This document shows, one piece after another, positions 52,398-64,000 of a DNA stretch of 64,000 nt (position 1 is the stretch's first letter; every line of letters begins with the position of its first letter). The notes beneath the pieces are model-generated. The model saw only the letters and a program-made list of their open reading frames with translations, made no database searches and was not told the DNA's origin. The stretch is from the NCBI GenBank assembly GCA_013265495.1, contig MU058337.1, forward strand, positions 6,554,716-6,618,715, given 5' to 3'. Source of the DNA: Vicugna vicugna (Eukaryota). Position numbers and translations under genes: made by a program.

Positions 52398-55300
52398 AAG
52401 GGGATTTTTCAAGTTTTTTTTTCACTTTTTATTAGGTTTGAGAGGAATCATTAAATTTGAAGTGAATAATACGAATTATTATATTTTAAATGTTATAGAC
52501 TTGGAGTTACCTTGAGCGTGCTATGTATAAAGGAAAAATTACGACTGAAAAGTTGATTGCTTCAAATGTACTGCATAATGTGAAAAATGTCTAAAGTAAA
52601 AAACAGCTCCATACCCCACACAGGTGACTTCTCTTAGGAGTTTGAATTCTCCCCCAACTCCCCAACTACTCTCAGTAATTTGGTCCTCACAAAATCCTTT
52701 TTTATAACCTTTTTCAATCTTTTATAGCTCCTGCTCAGAGTCAGTGAGACAGTTTTCAGGGTGTGGTTGCCACGAGAAAACACCCAAAAGGCCCCTACTC
52801 AGCACCTGGCAGAGGTCCTGAAGAAATAGTATCTTTCCTCTCTCCCCTGTAATGAATATTTGAAAATGTACCTCAAAATGTGCTCAAACAAAAAGATGGA
52901 GGCTCTAAAAGAAAAAAAAAAGTTTTTCCAAAAAAAATGAGACAGCAAGCTGCACAGCTGGCCGACTTCCTTCCTTATTTCCAGGGGCTAGCTTTATTAA
53001 GGCATTAGCAAACCCAGTCCCAGGAAGGCACAGCCTTTTGAGCTAAAACACCCGGTATTCAGTGAACATTGCGAAGGGCGCCCTATTTGGGTAATGACTC
53101 CGATTAGATACCCAGCTGTCAGTAATTTCAGTGTATGCTTAGTTGTATGAAATCTTTTATTGACTTAGGCATTCTGGTTCAGGTTTTTTTTTTTCATTCT
53201 CCACCTGTTTGTGGGTAGATTTTTTTATGACTGGTGTGGAATTTCTCACTTTACACATTTACTTACATTTCATGCTTGATATTTGATGAATGAAATTGAG
53301 CTGTTCTTTCTGTTGCCTTACGAGCAGATCCTGGGGTAAACGTTGCTGTTCGACAAGCCAGGTTCATTAGAAGCACAAGAGACACAAGCTTTGAAAAGAG
53401 AGGCAATTACCTAAAATTAGATCAAGCAAAAACTGCTCTATTAGGTAAATCCTGTTGCTAAATTGCCTACAGCAAGCTAAGCGTGGGATAATACTGTGTT
53501 CTATGAAAAACACTTAAAGCCTTAGCAACAGGAACATATGTCAAATATCTAGTTAACAAGCCCTCTCGTTTTTCTTTATGACTTTTTCAACTTGAAAGAA
53601 GACACAGGGAATTACAGAGACAATTGACATGGGGAGGATTATCCCATCTTTTTAAAAATGTTCATAAATAAACAACTTAGTCACTTTGAGATTAAGCAAT
53701 GTTTCTGAGAAATTGGTGATCTTTTTCTAGAACTTAATGGACAGACCATGTTTTCAAAACCAGCCATTTGTTCTAGTTGCCCTGCTTTAGTTGTAGTCTT
53801 TGCACTTCTACGAAAAGGTCTGGGGCATCGTGGGGGTTGAACTTCACCCCAAAAAAGGGCCATAAAACAAGTAATGTAGCACCAAAGAACTGGCTATCTT
53901 GGCAAAGTTGTAGTCACAGCTGTTTGTAAAGTTCTACAGGAATTTCTTCTCCAGGGCTATGAATTCAACCCAGCAGGAGAATGAGCCACTTTGTCTAGAG
54001 AACTGACACGTGTCGGGGAAACCTACGGGATGTGGGAGGTCCCAGTAAATGGAGACAGAGGCCACTGTATTGCTTTTCTTTTCTCTCTTCCTCCCACACC
54101 CACTGCATATAATTTTTATAGCACAGACATCTGGCTTAAAGCAAGATCTGATAAGTCATTAAAATAATAATTTTGAAAATTATGTAAAAATTTGGGAAAA
54201 TGCTTACGACATCACGTTACGCCAAAGAAGCAAAGCACAAAAGTGAACTCTGCAGTGATTACAGCTGTGTAATAGTTATGGATATATATGAACACGGTCT
54301 CCAAGGCAGCAGGTCCAAACGAAAAACATGATTTCTGGGGAGCTTTTAAAAAATCTTTTAGTTGGGTTTGCAACATTCACCTTGCTGTAGTTGGTGCAAA
54401 AAGAAAAAGACAAGGAAAAGACAGGCAGGGTGACACTGAAAATACTGGTTAATGTGTATTATACACCACAGAGGCCACTCCAACAAGCAGCTGCCATCAG
54501 TACGGAGGGTGCCAGATGGCGGCAGGTGAACGCAGCCTTCAAAGCCAGGTCAGCACTGGGCATTTCCCATGGGTCTGGGGGTTGGGAGCTGTTGCAGCCC
54601 CAGCAGGATGCTGGTGGGTAGATGGCCCTCATGATGCCTTACCCGGGGCCAGAGCGGTGGGTGGGGTGCGTAGGAGGCACTTGGTGGATGCTGGCATCAT
54701 CTAGTAACCAACCAGTACTCTCCTATTTCCACACTTTAACAATTGTACAGCTGTAACAGTGCCTACAAGCTGATAGGAATCCTAATTAAGAACCATCCTG
54801 AAAGACAGGGAATGAGATAATGCCTGTAAACCCCTTATGACAATAAGAACCAGCAGCTGGTTAATACTCCATGCACATTGGCTATTGTAATAGGTGCCAC
54901 ATTCCTGCATTAATTAACAAGCAAAAAGCAGGCAGCCTACAGGTTCCCTGAGGAGAGCGTGGAAGTAGGGTGTGGCCCTCACATTTTTTTGTACAGAAAG
55001 AGGCTTATTATTAAGTAGTTTCGCTGTCCCTTTAACACTGCCTCTGCCAATCAGGTATTGCTGAGCTCAGCAGCCCTCTCTCTGGTCTTTGGTGGAGAGG
55101 AGGACAGAGAAGGAATAACAAGGTGCTTGAACCTGGGAGATGGTCCCAAATTGCCACTTATTATCAGCATTGTCCTGCCAAACAACATTCATAGAAATAC
55201 GTGTCCATCCGCAATTGGGACATGGACCAGGAGTTAAGGAACCCGGGTGAGGGTGCCACGTACATGCCAAAAAATCAGACACAGGGCTACAGCTGATCTT

Positions 55301-55648
55301 CTAACCGTCTCATTTTGTACATGAGAAAACTTAAGCTCCAAGAGAATTAATACCTTCCTCAACGTGATAAGTTACTTCTTTGGGGGGAAATGCATTTTTT
55401 GTGTCTAGTTCATCTTACTTTATAAACACAGATACCTGCTTCCAGATTTCAAGACTATGATAAGAAACACAGATGAAAAAGCACAAAAAAGGATCCACAG
55501 GTGTCTGTCATTACACACAGTACACAGAATGATTAGTGTTCAAACCAGTTCTGGATGGAAACAGCCTAGGGAGCTCCTCCTGCAAGAACAGGCCAAGTTC
55601 CTCCGGTGGAGGCAGGCAGCACTTGTTAGCCACGGTCACCCAACTCAC

Positions 55649-55711
55649 CCACCGTGGGGAGGTGGGAGGTTTCCATTACAAACCCAGCGTGGCCCCTTTT
55701 CTCCTTCTTCC
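55649..55711 (-). other. Candidate unannotated exon (63 nt)
   Basis: Acceptor ctccttttccag|G and donor TGG|GTGAGT; purine-rich GAAGAAGGAGAAA enhancer-like start. Confidence 0.4.
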
Positions 55712-57154
55712 CTGGAAAAGGAGCCTTGTGAAGACACACACAGAGTCATCAGCACACCAGCCTCATCATCGCTCATATCCCTGGGTTTTCTCCCTACAAG
55801 CACCATCAATACCAACAGAAAGCTGTGTTCTTTCTAGTCGTCAACATATAGTATGTGTTTATTACATGCCAGGCATTCTACTAAGCAGTTTATATGGATT
55901 ATCTCATCCTATACTGTTAGGAAGATATTCTTATTATGTCCATTTGCATATGGAGAAACTGAGGCGAGGGATGGATGGATGGATGGATGGTGGGTAAAGC
56001 TGAGATTCAAACCCCTTCTTTACCATTAAAATTGCCTTTATGAATAATGGTCTAAAATCAGATAAATTCAAACTTCAAATCTAGGGATCAAATACTGTGA
56101 GCAGTAAACAGAGGGAAATAACAACAATTCTCATTATAAACAGGTATTTGTTTTGTGGACAAAAGAGTATTTCCTTGGAACCCTTTACTAAGACATAATT
56201 CTATGAGAAAGGTATTACTAATCCTGTATTAGATGAAGAAACTGAGGATCAGAAAGCTAAGTAATTCACTCAATTGTTTGAAACACTTACCAAATTCAGG
56301 TGACCTCCCTGTTTGAAATAGGCATACTTTGATTCATTCTCTCTCTCTCCTAAACTTTTTATCATGAAAAAATTCAAGTTACACATAAATTGGAAGAAAC
56401 TAGAGGAAACCTCCATGGACGTGTCACCCAGGTACAAAAGTCACCAACACAGAAATGCTACTTGTGACCCACAGCCAAGCTCTGTGAGGAGGGCAAGGTG
56501 CCAACTTCAAAAAGGGGAAGGGCGCAATTCCCTCTGATGACCTCTTCTGGGGCAGGAATGGTGGACCATGTGACAGCCAGTCACAATTCTAAGCACTTTT
56601 GGTGGACACTTCCTTATTTATTCTTTAACAGAAACGTTAAAACAGTAAGAAAGAGTAATTTTTAGACATAATTTGGTGAATACTATCCAATCTGTTAAAT
56701 AACTTTATCTTCTGAAAAAGATTATTACTGCGACTTAATGCCAACATACAACAATCACAATTTGTTCACCCTATTTGTTCTCCCCAAGAAGGGAAAAAAA
56801 TCAATAGCTATATTTAATGTATAAGCCTATAAAGGAGCATTCGACTAAAGGTCTTCCAGAACATAAGCTTCACTCAGCAAGCAAATGGTACAGACACAAT
56901 TGGAAACCAAAGCACATCTGTCTCTGTGTCATTCAGCTTTGCTATATATATTGTAACAAATGGCCTGTGTAGAAGAGGAAAAACTTTTCTTCTACCCTCT
57001 TATGTTCTTTTCCTGTGGCATGTGAATTAAACTGACAAAGGATAGATTAATAGGAGGGAAAAAGTAATTTACTTACATGTATAACACACATGCACATGGG
57101 AGGACACAGTAATGAGTAACATGAAGGGTTAGTCAGCATTTGGGGCTTATATCT

Positions 57155-57285
57155 TTTTTCTTTTAAATTTTTTTAGGACGGAGGTAATTAGGTTTATTTA
57201 TTTATTAATGGAGGTACTGAGGATTAAACCCAGGACCTCGTGCATGCTAAGCATGTACTCTCCCACTGAGCTATAACCTCCTTCC
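57155..57285 (-). mobile_element. tRNA-Ala-derived SINE (Vic-1-like)
   Basis: Reverse complement of the same head and tail (CCCAGGACCTCGTGCATGCTAAGCA...CACTGAGCTATA). Confidence 0.88.
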
Positions 57286-57475
57286 TACCATCTTAATAGG
57301 CAAAAGAGGGGAAATTCATTTATACATTTGGGAAAACAATGTCTCCTTGGAAAGATAAAAGGTTTTCAGGAGAACAAACAGGAGATAAAATATCTGTGTT
57401 AATATCTGTCTGTGCAGGCATGAATGATCTTTCCATCCTCTTCAGGGCCATTAAACTCCCCTGGAAAAGGGAAGA

Positions 57476-57681
57476 TTTTTTTGTTTGTTTTTTAATTGGA
57501 CAGTAACTGACCCACAACACAATGTTAGTTCCTGGTGCACAACATAGGAATTTCATATTTCTATACATTACCAAATGGTCCCCATGACAAGTCTAGTGAC
57601 CACCTGTCCCCAAACTTGTTACATTATTGACTATATTCCCCATGATATACATCTTATCCAGTGACTCATTTATTGTATTTG
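57476..57681 (-). mobile_element. L1 3'-terminal fragment
   Basis: T-rich end followed by L1 3' UTR-like sequence; flanking repeats GGGAAG(A/G)TTTTT at about 57469 and 57682. Confidence 0.7.
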
Positions 57682-58771
57682 GGGAAGGTTTTTTTCATGT
57701 TCTCCCTTCTAGGACTAGATCTGCTCTGAAGTGGAAATAAGGCAGCCTTACTTCCCAGAAGTTGCTGCTTTTAGTCAGATGAAAGAAGGCTTTTATTTTG
57801 TTCACCCCCATCTGTTGACTCTCAAATGTCTTCAGCTTAAAATAATCTTTATACCAACCCTGGGGTTCTGAGTTGGGTCGCACACCCCCAGATCTCGGTA
57901 GCTTAAAACAACAACGATATACTTCTCAGTCATGTTACGTGACAGCTCTCCTCCCCGAGTCTTCTTCACCCCAGGATCCAGTCTGAAGGAGCAGTCCATT
58001 CTGGGAAAATGGCATTTTGTTGTGGTAGAAGGAAAACAGAAGTGGCTTAACCTCACAATGCCTCTGGGAGCTTCCATTTGGATGTGGTGTTTGTCCCTAC
58101 TGCTCACAGTCCATTGGCCAAAGCAAGCCATCCAGCCAAGTCAGGTGGGAATGGGACAGAGAAAGTGTGCTCCTCCTACAGGGAGGCCATTGCAAATCAC
58201 AGGGTAACTGGAAAGAGAGTCTTACTGGTAAGGGGAGTGAATAATTAGGAACAATACTACTAATACAGTTTATCAGAGTCTCCCAAGATATACTCTTTCC
58301 ACTCCATTCTGCTTATAAAGGTTTTAAAGGGGAAGACTTGAGTTGGATTTTCAAGGATGGTTCTAGGCAGAGGTGAAGCAGATATGAAGTAAGGAACATT
58401 TGGAAATAATGAGAAACTCTAGGAGTCTGGAGCCCAGGTCACATGGAGCAGCAAGACACGGCAATGATGAAACAGCAGCTGAGCAATGGGCCAAATTATA
58501 CAATGGGGATAAGTTAGAAATTCTGGCCTTTTTGAACATTCGTACCTGTGTCTTCCTAACGAGGACAAGGAGAATAAATACATCTTCTGAGGTTTTGAAA
58601 TCATCTTTGAAGGCTTGAATGTCATCTTTAAAAGAAAACCAAGAAGTTTGCACTCTGCTTCAGACATATTCAAGTTGGTTTTATTCTAAAAATAATGTTT
58701 TACTCTGCTGGAAATCTTCAAAGAAGATGGACAGCCCCAGGAAGCAGCACCATCTTCAGCCATGTCTGTGG

Positions 58772-58866
58772 TTTTTTTTTTCTTCCCAATGCTGGTATTG
58801 GGATTGAACACAGGACTTCGTGCATGCTAAACATGGTCTCTACCACTGAGTTATTGCCCATCTCCC
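58772..58866 (-). mobile_element. Diverged tRNA-Ala-derived SINE or tRNA pseudogene with poly(A)
   Basis: GGGATTGAACACAGGACTTCGTGCATGCTAAAC...TACCACTGAGTTAT preceded by a T-run; lacks the family's unique tail. Confidence 0.75.
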
Positions 58867-58999
58867 TGCTTTGTTGAAAACAATTTCTATCATTCTAAGA
58901 TATCACAATTTTTCTACACAGAAAAAAAATGGAGTGATCTTTCTCTTAAAGTGTTATCAAAATTTAAATTAAAAAAAACCATTTTCTTTACATCAATAA

Positions 59000-60225
59000 C
59001 AAACAGAAAACGCCATGGAACAGGGTGCTGATTTGATTAAAAGTGGTATTTCTAATCAGTAGAGGAAGGATTTATGACTCCACAGTGCTGATGAGGGAGT
59101 TGGCTATCACTCATGTTGGGTTATTTGGAAAAAAAAAATAGAGCCCTACCTTACATTGTACGTAAAACAAAATAAAATGTAACTTCCAAATGGAATAAAG
59201 TTTTAATTTTATAAAAGTACAAAAAATTTAGAAGTAAATGCAAGAAAGTAGTTTTATAATCTTGTCATGGGAAAGGCCTTTCTAGATTGAATCAAAATTC
59301 AAAGGCCATAAAGAAAAAGTTCACAGATTTGAGGGCTTGAAAATGAAAAATCTCTGTATGACAAATGCTATAAATGAAAATAAATTTGCAACATGTAAAA
59401 TGGACAAAAGACAGAAAGAGAAACACTTAGGATCCATGGATACATGAAAATAAGCCTGACCTCAATGTCACTGTCTTTCAGGAAACAAGATATTTTTGGC
59501 CTACCAGATTGGTGAAACTTGAAAAATTGATAATATTCAGTATTTGTGAAAATGCTATCCACTCATAACTGCTGGTGGGAGTATATATGGTTTAGCTTGT
59601 GTGAAGACCAAAATCACAGAATCTACCAAAACTAAAAATGCAAATACCTTCTGACCTACTGATTTCCCTTCTAGGAACCTCTCCTACAAAAATATCTGTC
59701 ATGTGCACAAACATGTAGGTACAAAGGATACCCAATGAACTGGAAAACCAAATGGATGTCCATCAGTGTGAGAACTGTAAAATAAGCTATGGCACTGGCA
59801 TACTATGTAGCCATTAAAAAGAAGGATATATACATATATATGCACACAAGCATATACACAGATATATACATATATATGTGTACACACACATATACATACA
59901 CACATTTAAAGATCATCCAGACCTTTTCAAGCATAAAAGAAAAGGCAAGTCACAACATATAAAATAATCAAAATGTATAACATAATATCATGAAAACTAC
60001 ATATAAGTGTACATAAATAAAGTATTAGCAGGATGCATGTTAAATTGTTACAGTTGCTACAGCTGCAGCAAAATCAGTTGGGGTCAGTGGTGACAGCAGT
60101 GGTGTAGGACTTTATTTTTCACTCCAAATACTTCTGGGTTGTTTGAATCCCTTATGAGTGGATCTATTCAAGTATTATTTCACATAATTAAACAAATTAA
60201 AATGCCTAAAATTAAAATAAAATAA
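59000..60225 (+). mobile_element. Degenerate L1ME-like fragments
   Basis: GCTGGTGGGAGT, ATACTATGTAGCCATTAAAAAGAA and other L1 3' motifs, highly diverged. Confidence 0.55.
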
Positions 60226-62384
60226 TACCAATTTGTTTTTAGAATACTTGTAAAATTCCAAAAAATGAAAAAGATACTAAAAATCAGCAGTGCAGTCATT
60301 TTCAAATGACTCTAAAAGCAAAATCATTTGAAAGATCGGTCATATACAGGATTCTTTTATTTTGTGAAGCTTCATTCTGGAAACTAGACACCCATAAGAT
60401 AATATTGCATGAAACCCACCTCCAAATAGCTTTAATCAGTTGCCTTAATTTTGTGAGCAGCTAGTAAATTTCAATCTCAAAACACTTCTAGTAACCACAG
60501 CTGATTGCAAAGTATCGAGGGAACATTGTGATAGAAAACTGGGCTACTAAGAGGTGTCTAATGCAAGAGAAATTTCTCAATTGGTGTTCAAAAGAGAGTT
60601 TGACTAAAACTGATGACTGTTTGGCCTAACTCAACCAATCACATACAGCATTCCAGCCAAGTTTATTACCTGCTCAAATCAAATCAATAATCTCAGTTAT
60701 ATAAAGCACACTTCAGTGGTTTCAATTTTCTTTTGCCATCAGAAGGACTGAGTAAGAGCTGGAGTAACTAATGGAAATTCCTTTCATTCTTCATCAAGCT
60801 GAGTTTGAGATTTCCTGAAGCCAGATTTTCTACCAACTGTAAAAATTGTTAAAAGCCTGGCACCCAGAAAGCTATTCACCATGGTTTTCTTCCCTGATGC
60901 ACTTTTGTTAGACCTACCCTGTTCTCTTCTTTATTAGCACTGTTACATTATTTATTCCAAAAGTCCCATTCATTTTGTAAGTGTCCTGGGGCTGGGATGC
61001 TTCTGCAGTCCACTTTTGTTTGGATGGCTACCCCATTACCGTGTTTATGCCTCATAGTGCCAAGAAATCATCCTTAATGGTACCATGTAAAAAATACAAT
61101 AGTATCAGATTTCAAGGGGCTAGGTATTCCTGTGATATTTAGAAAACACCTAGCACTGTCCACGTGAAGAAAAGAAAGCCCAGGGAGTTTGGGTGATTGT
61201 CCAGCTCGTAGCCGTCAATGTCTGATGGTCTCTAACTTCAAAGTTGTTTCGCCCCAGCACCACCTGGATTCTAGTTCAGGGGCTGCACGATGCCTGGTGT
61301 GCACTGACAAAGGATGGAGACTGGCCGTGAATCCCAGCACCTGCAGGCAGTTTTAAGCCTCTCTCCACCATTTATTAAAAACAGCTTTATTAAGGTATAA
61401 TTTACATATCCTAAAATTCATTAATTCTAAGTGTACGATTCAGTGGTTTTTAATACTTTTACAGAGTTGTGCAGACATCACTACAATCCAATTTGAGAAC
61501 ATTTTGATCCAAAAAAGCCCTCCAGCCCATTTGTAGTCACTCCTTGGTCCTCCCCACTCTCAACACCAGCCCCAGGCAACCATGAATTTGCCTTTGGTCC
61601 CTATAGATTTACCTTTTCTGGACATCACATATAAACGGATTCTTACAATATATGGTCATCATTTTTGTCTTTCTGACCACACAATGTTCAGATTGCCACT
61701 TTGACATGGCAGTATAGTCCGTTGACTGCTCTCTCCTTACGCCATGTGGTTGTATCTTGCCTTGTTGAGACTTAAGCTCCCTGTGGGTAGGTGGGCACAA
61801 TTTCATACCCTCTGTAGCACACTCTCAGTGCCCTGCATCTTTCTCCCTGTTCAAAAACACTTCAGTTTATGGCAGCCCAACTGTACACTGCCAGAAACTT
61901 CCTTTTTTCTTTTTAAGTGGAGGGCTGTCTCTGGCTGTCTTCATGGCAGGGGGAGGGAATTAACTTCTGCCGGGAGCAGCCTCAACCAATGGCTGATTGG
62001 ACACAGTGTATAAATACCCCAACTCTCTCACCTCTCAGAAGACCTAGCTTGTGTGCACTCTGTAGTGACTCTCAAAGAGTTTCCCTAGAGAGACCAAACT
62101 CTCCTGGTCCACAGTAGCTCCTGGCTTGATTGCTGACTCCACATTGCCTGCTTTGCATTCTGGTCTAATTTCCCTGCTCTTCCTCCAGTGTTTTCTTTTT
62201 TTCCAAAATAAACTACTTGCACTGGAATCTTTGTCTCAGTGTCTGATTCTGAGGGAACACAAATCCAGACACTCCCTACCATGTATTCAACATGTGTTGA
62301 GCCCACGGTAGATATCTGTTCCACCTCGACCTTCTTATTTTGGCATTAGGGCATCAATTCACCCTTGAGACATAATAGCTAGCT

Positions 62385-63590
62385 GCTAGAGGATGGCTAT
62401 AATAAAAAAGACAGATAATAACAAGTGTTGACAAGGAGGCAGAGAAATTGGAGCCCTTATATACTTGTGGGAATGTAAAATGATTCAGCCATTATGGAAA
62501 GCAGTCTGACAGTTCCTGAAAAGATTCAACATATTATTACTATATGACCCACCAATTCCAATCCTAGGTATGTACCCCAGAAAAATGAAAACGTATATAC
62601 ACACAAAAACTTCTACATGCATGTTCACTGCAGCATTATTCTCATAACAGTCAAAAAGTGGAAACAGTTCAGGTATCTGTCAACTGATAAAATGAATAAA
62701 TAAAACATATTGTATCCATTCAATTACTCAACTATCAAAAAGTGAAGTACTTGTTCATGCTACCACGTAGATGAACCTTGAAAACAGTGTGCTAAGTGAA
62801 AGAAGCTAGTCACAAAAAGCCATGAATTATATGATTCCATTTATATGAAATACCCAGAACAGGCAAATCTATAGAGACAAGAGGGTAGCTTAATGATTGC
62901 CTAGGGTTGAGGGAATACAGACAGAGAGTTTGGGAAATGCTGGCTAAAGGGTACGGTGTTTGTGGGGTGATGAGAATGTTCTAAAATGGACTGTGGTGAT
63001 GGTTGCACAACTGTGTGAACATAGTAAATTCATATTGAATTGTGCATTTTAAATGGATACATTTTATCATATGTGAATTATATCTCAAAAAAGCTTTTTA
63101 TTAAAAAAAAATGCTGCTAAGAAGTACGGTTACTTAGGAAATTTCCCAGACCACACTCCACTTATATTCACAAACATGCCTTTGTAGCCTGTCTCTCAGA
63201 TTTCTAGCATCAAGCTATATAGATGGCAAATAAGCACATGAAAGATGTTCAAAACCCTTGGACATTATGGAAACGCAGGTTAAATCTCGGTGAGATACTA
63301 CTACTACACACCTATTAAAATGGCCGAAATTAAAAGACTGACCATTCCAAGTGTTGATACAGATGTGGAGGAAATTAAACATTCATTCACTGCTGGTAGG
63401 AATGTAACAATATGACAACACTGGACATATCTGGGGAATTTCTTAAAAAGAAATTTTAAGTTAAAGACTGCAGTCATATTATCCAGCTATTCAACTCATA
63501 AGTATTTACCCCAAAGAAAAGGAAATATATGGCTATACATGCATGTTCATAGCACCTTTGTAAGAGCCCAAACTGGAAATAGCCTGTTGT
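62385..63590 (+). mobile_element. L1MB-like 3' region (62385-63110) and second L1 fragment (63215-63590)
   Basis: ATAACAAGTGTTGACAAGGA, ATATGACCCACCAATTCC, TGAATTATATCTCAAAAAAGC followed by poly(A). Confidence 0.85.
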
Positions 63591-64000
63591 GGGCTGTGTG
63601 TGCAGTGTGCGCACTGCCCAAGATGTAAGAACTTCAGCATCCATTCCTCGCCCAGCGCACAGCTAAATGGGGGAGTGAAGTCCATCTGTATAGCTCTTCT
63701 TTGCTGCCACTTCCAGACCCTCCAGTAAGAAACTTGCTCCTTCAGAACTCCACCATCTGCCCCTGTCCTTTACTTATTCTCACTGCAACCCACAGATTTC
63801 CAGCCAAGTGTGGGTTCCAGGCCCACTGTGGGGCTGCAGAGGGAAGATCTGAGCATTTCCATTTCCACGGGACCCCACACAAAGGAGGAGAAGAAGTTCT
63901 GAATATGACGTATCTTTAGGAAGAGGGAATGGATATCATCAGGCAAAGGAGAGTGGGTGGCTGAAGAGAAATGTCCATTTGTATAATCTCAGGCTCCCTA

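Larger units (their letters stand above)
56927..58275. mobile_element. MLT1 LTR split by an ERV1-like LTR (about 56968-57885)
   Basis: MLT1 start (TCAGCTTTGCT..GTAACAAA) at 56927-56960 resumes at about 57886 (GCTTAAAACAACAA..CATTGGCCAAAGCAAG). Inner element ends with CAGCTTAAAATAATCTTTATACCA. Confidence 0.6.

Overview
Mammalian genomic DNA, most likely a camelid, judging by five tRNA-Ala(AGC)-derived Vic-1-like SINEs and cetartiodactyl-type L1 3' ends. Bases 1-36.3 kb hold the 5' part of TM9SF2 on the minus strand. Coding exons 1-10 (171, 68, 94, 128, 130, 125, 112, 80, 109 and 133 nt; 1150 nt, about 383 codons) all have GT-AG boundaries and splice in frame; the remaining exons lie left of the window. 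The gene starts in a CpG island at about 35.6-36.6 kb. A second CpG island with promoter motifs lies about 3 kb upstream (39.2-39.7 kb) and probably drives a divergent transcript. The rest is repeat-rich (L1, L2, CR1/L3, MIR, LTRs, MER DNA transposons, microsatellites). The most interesting unexplained signal is a chain of minus-strand exon-like segments in non-repeat sequence at 46-61 kb. Several of them join into open reading frames of about 80-100 codons, suggesting an unannotated small gene, a lncRNA, or far-upstream TM9SF2 exons. This is inferred from splice-site pattern reading only. Repeat family names and boundaries come from recalled consensus sequences and are approximate. No prokaryotic-type systems (CRISPR, operons) are present.
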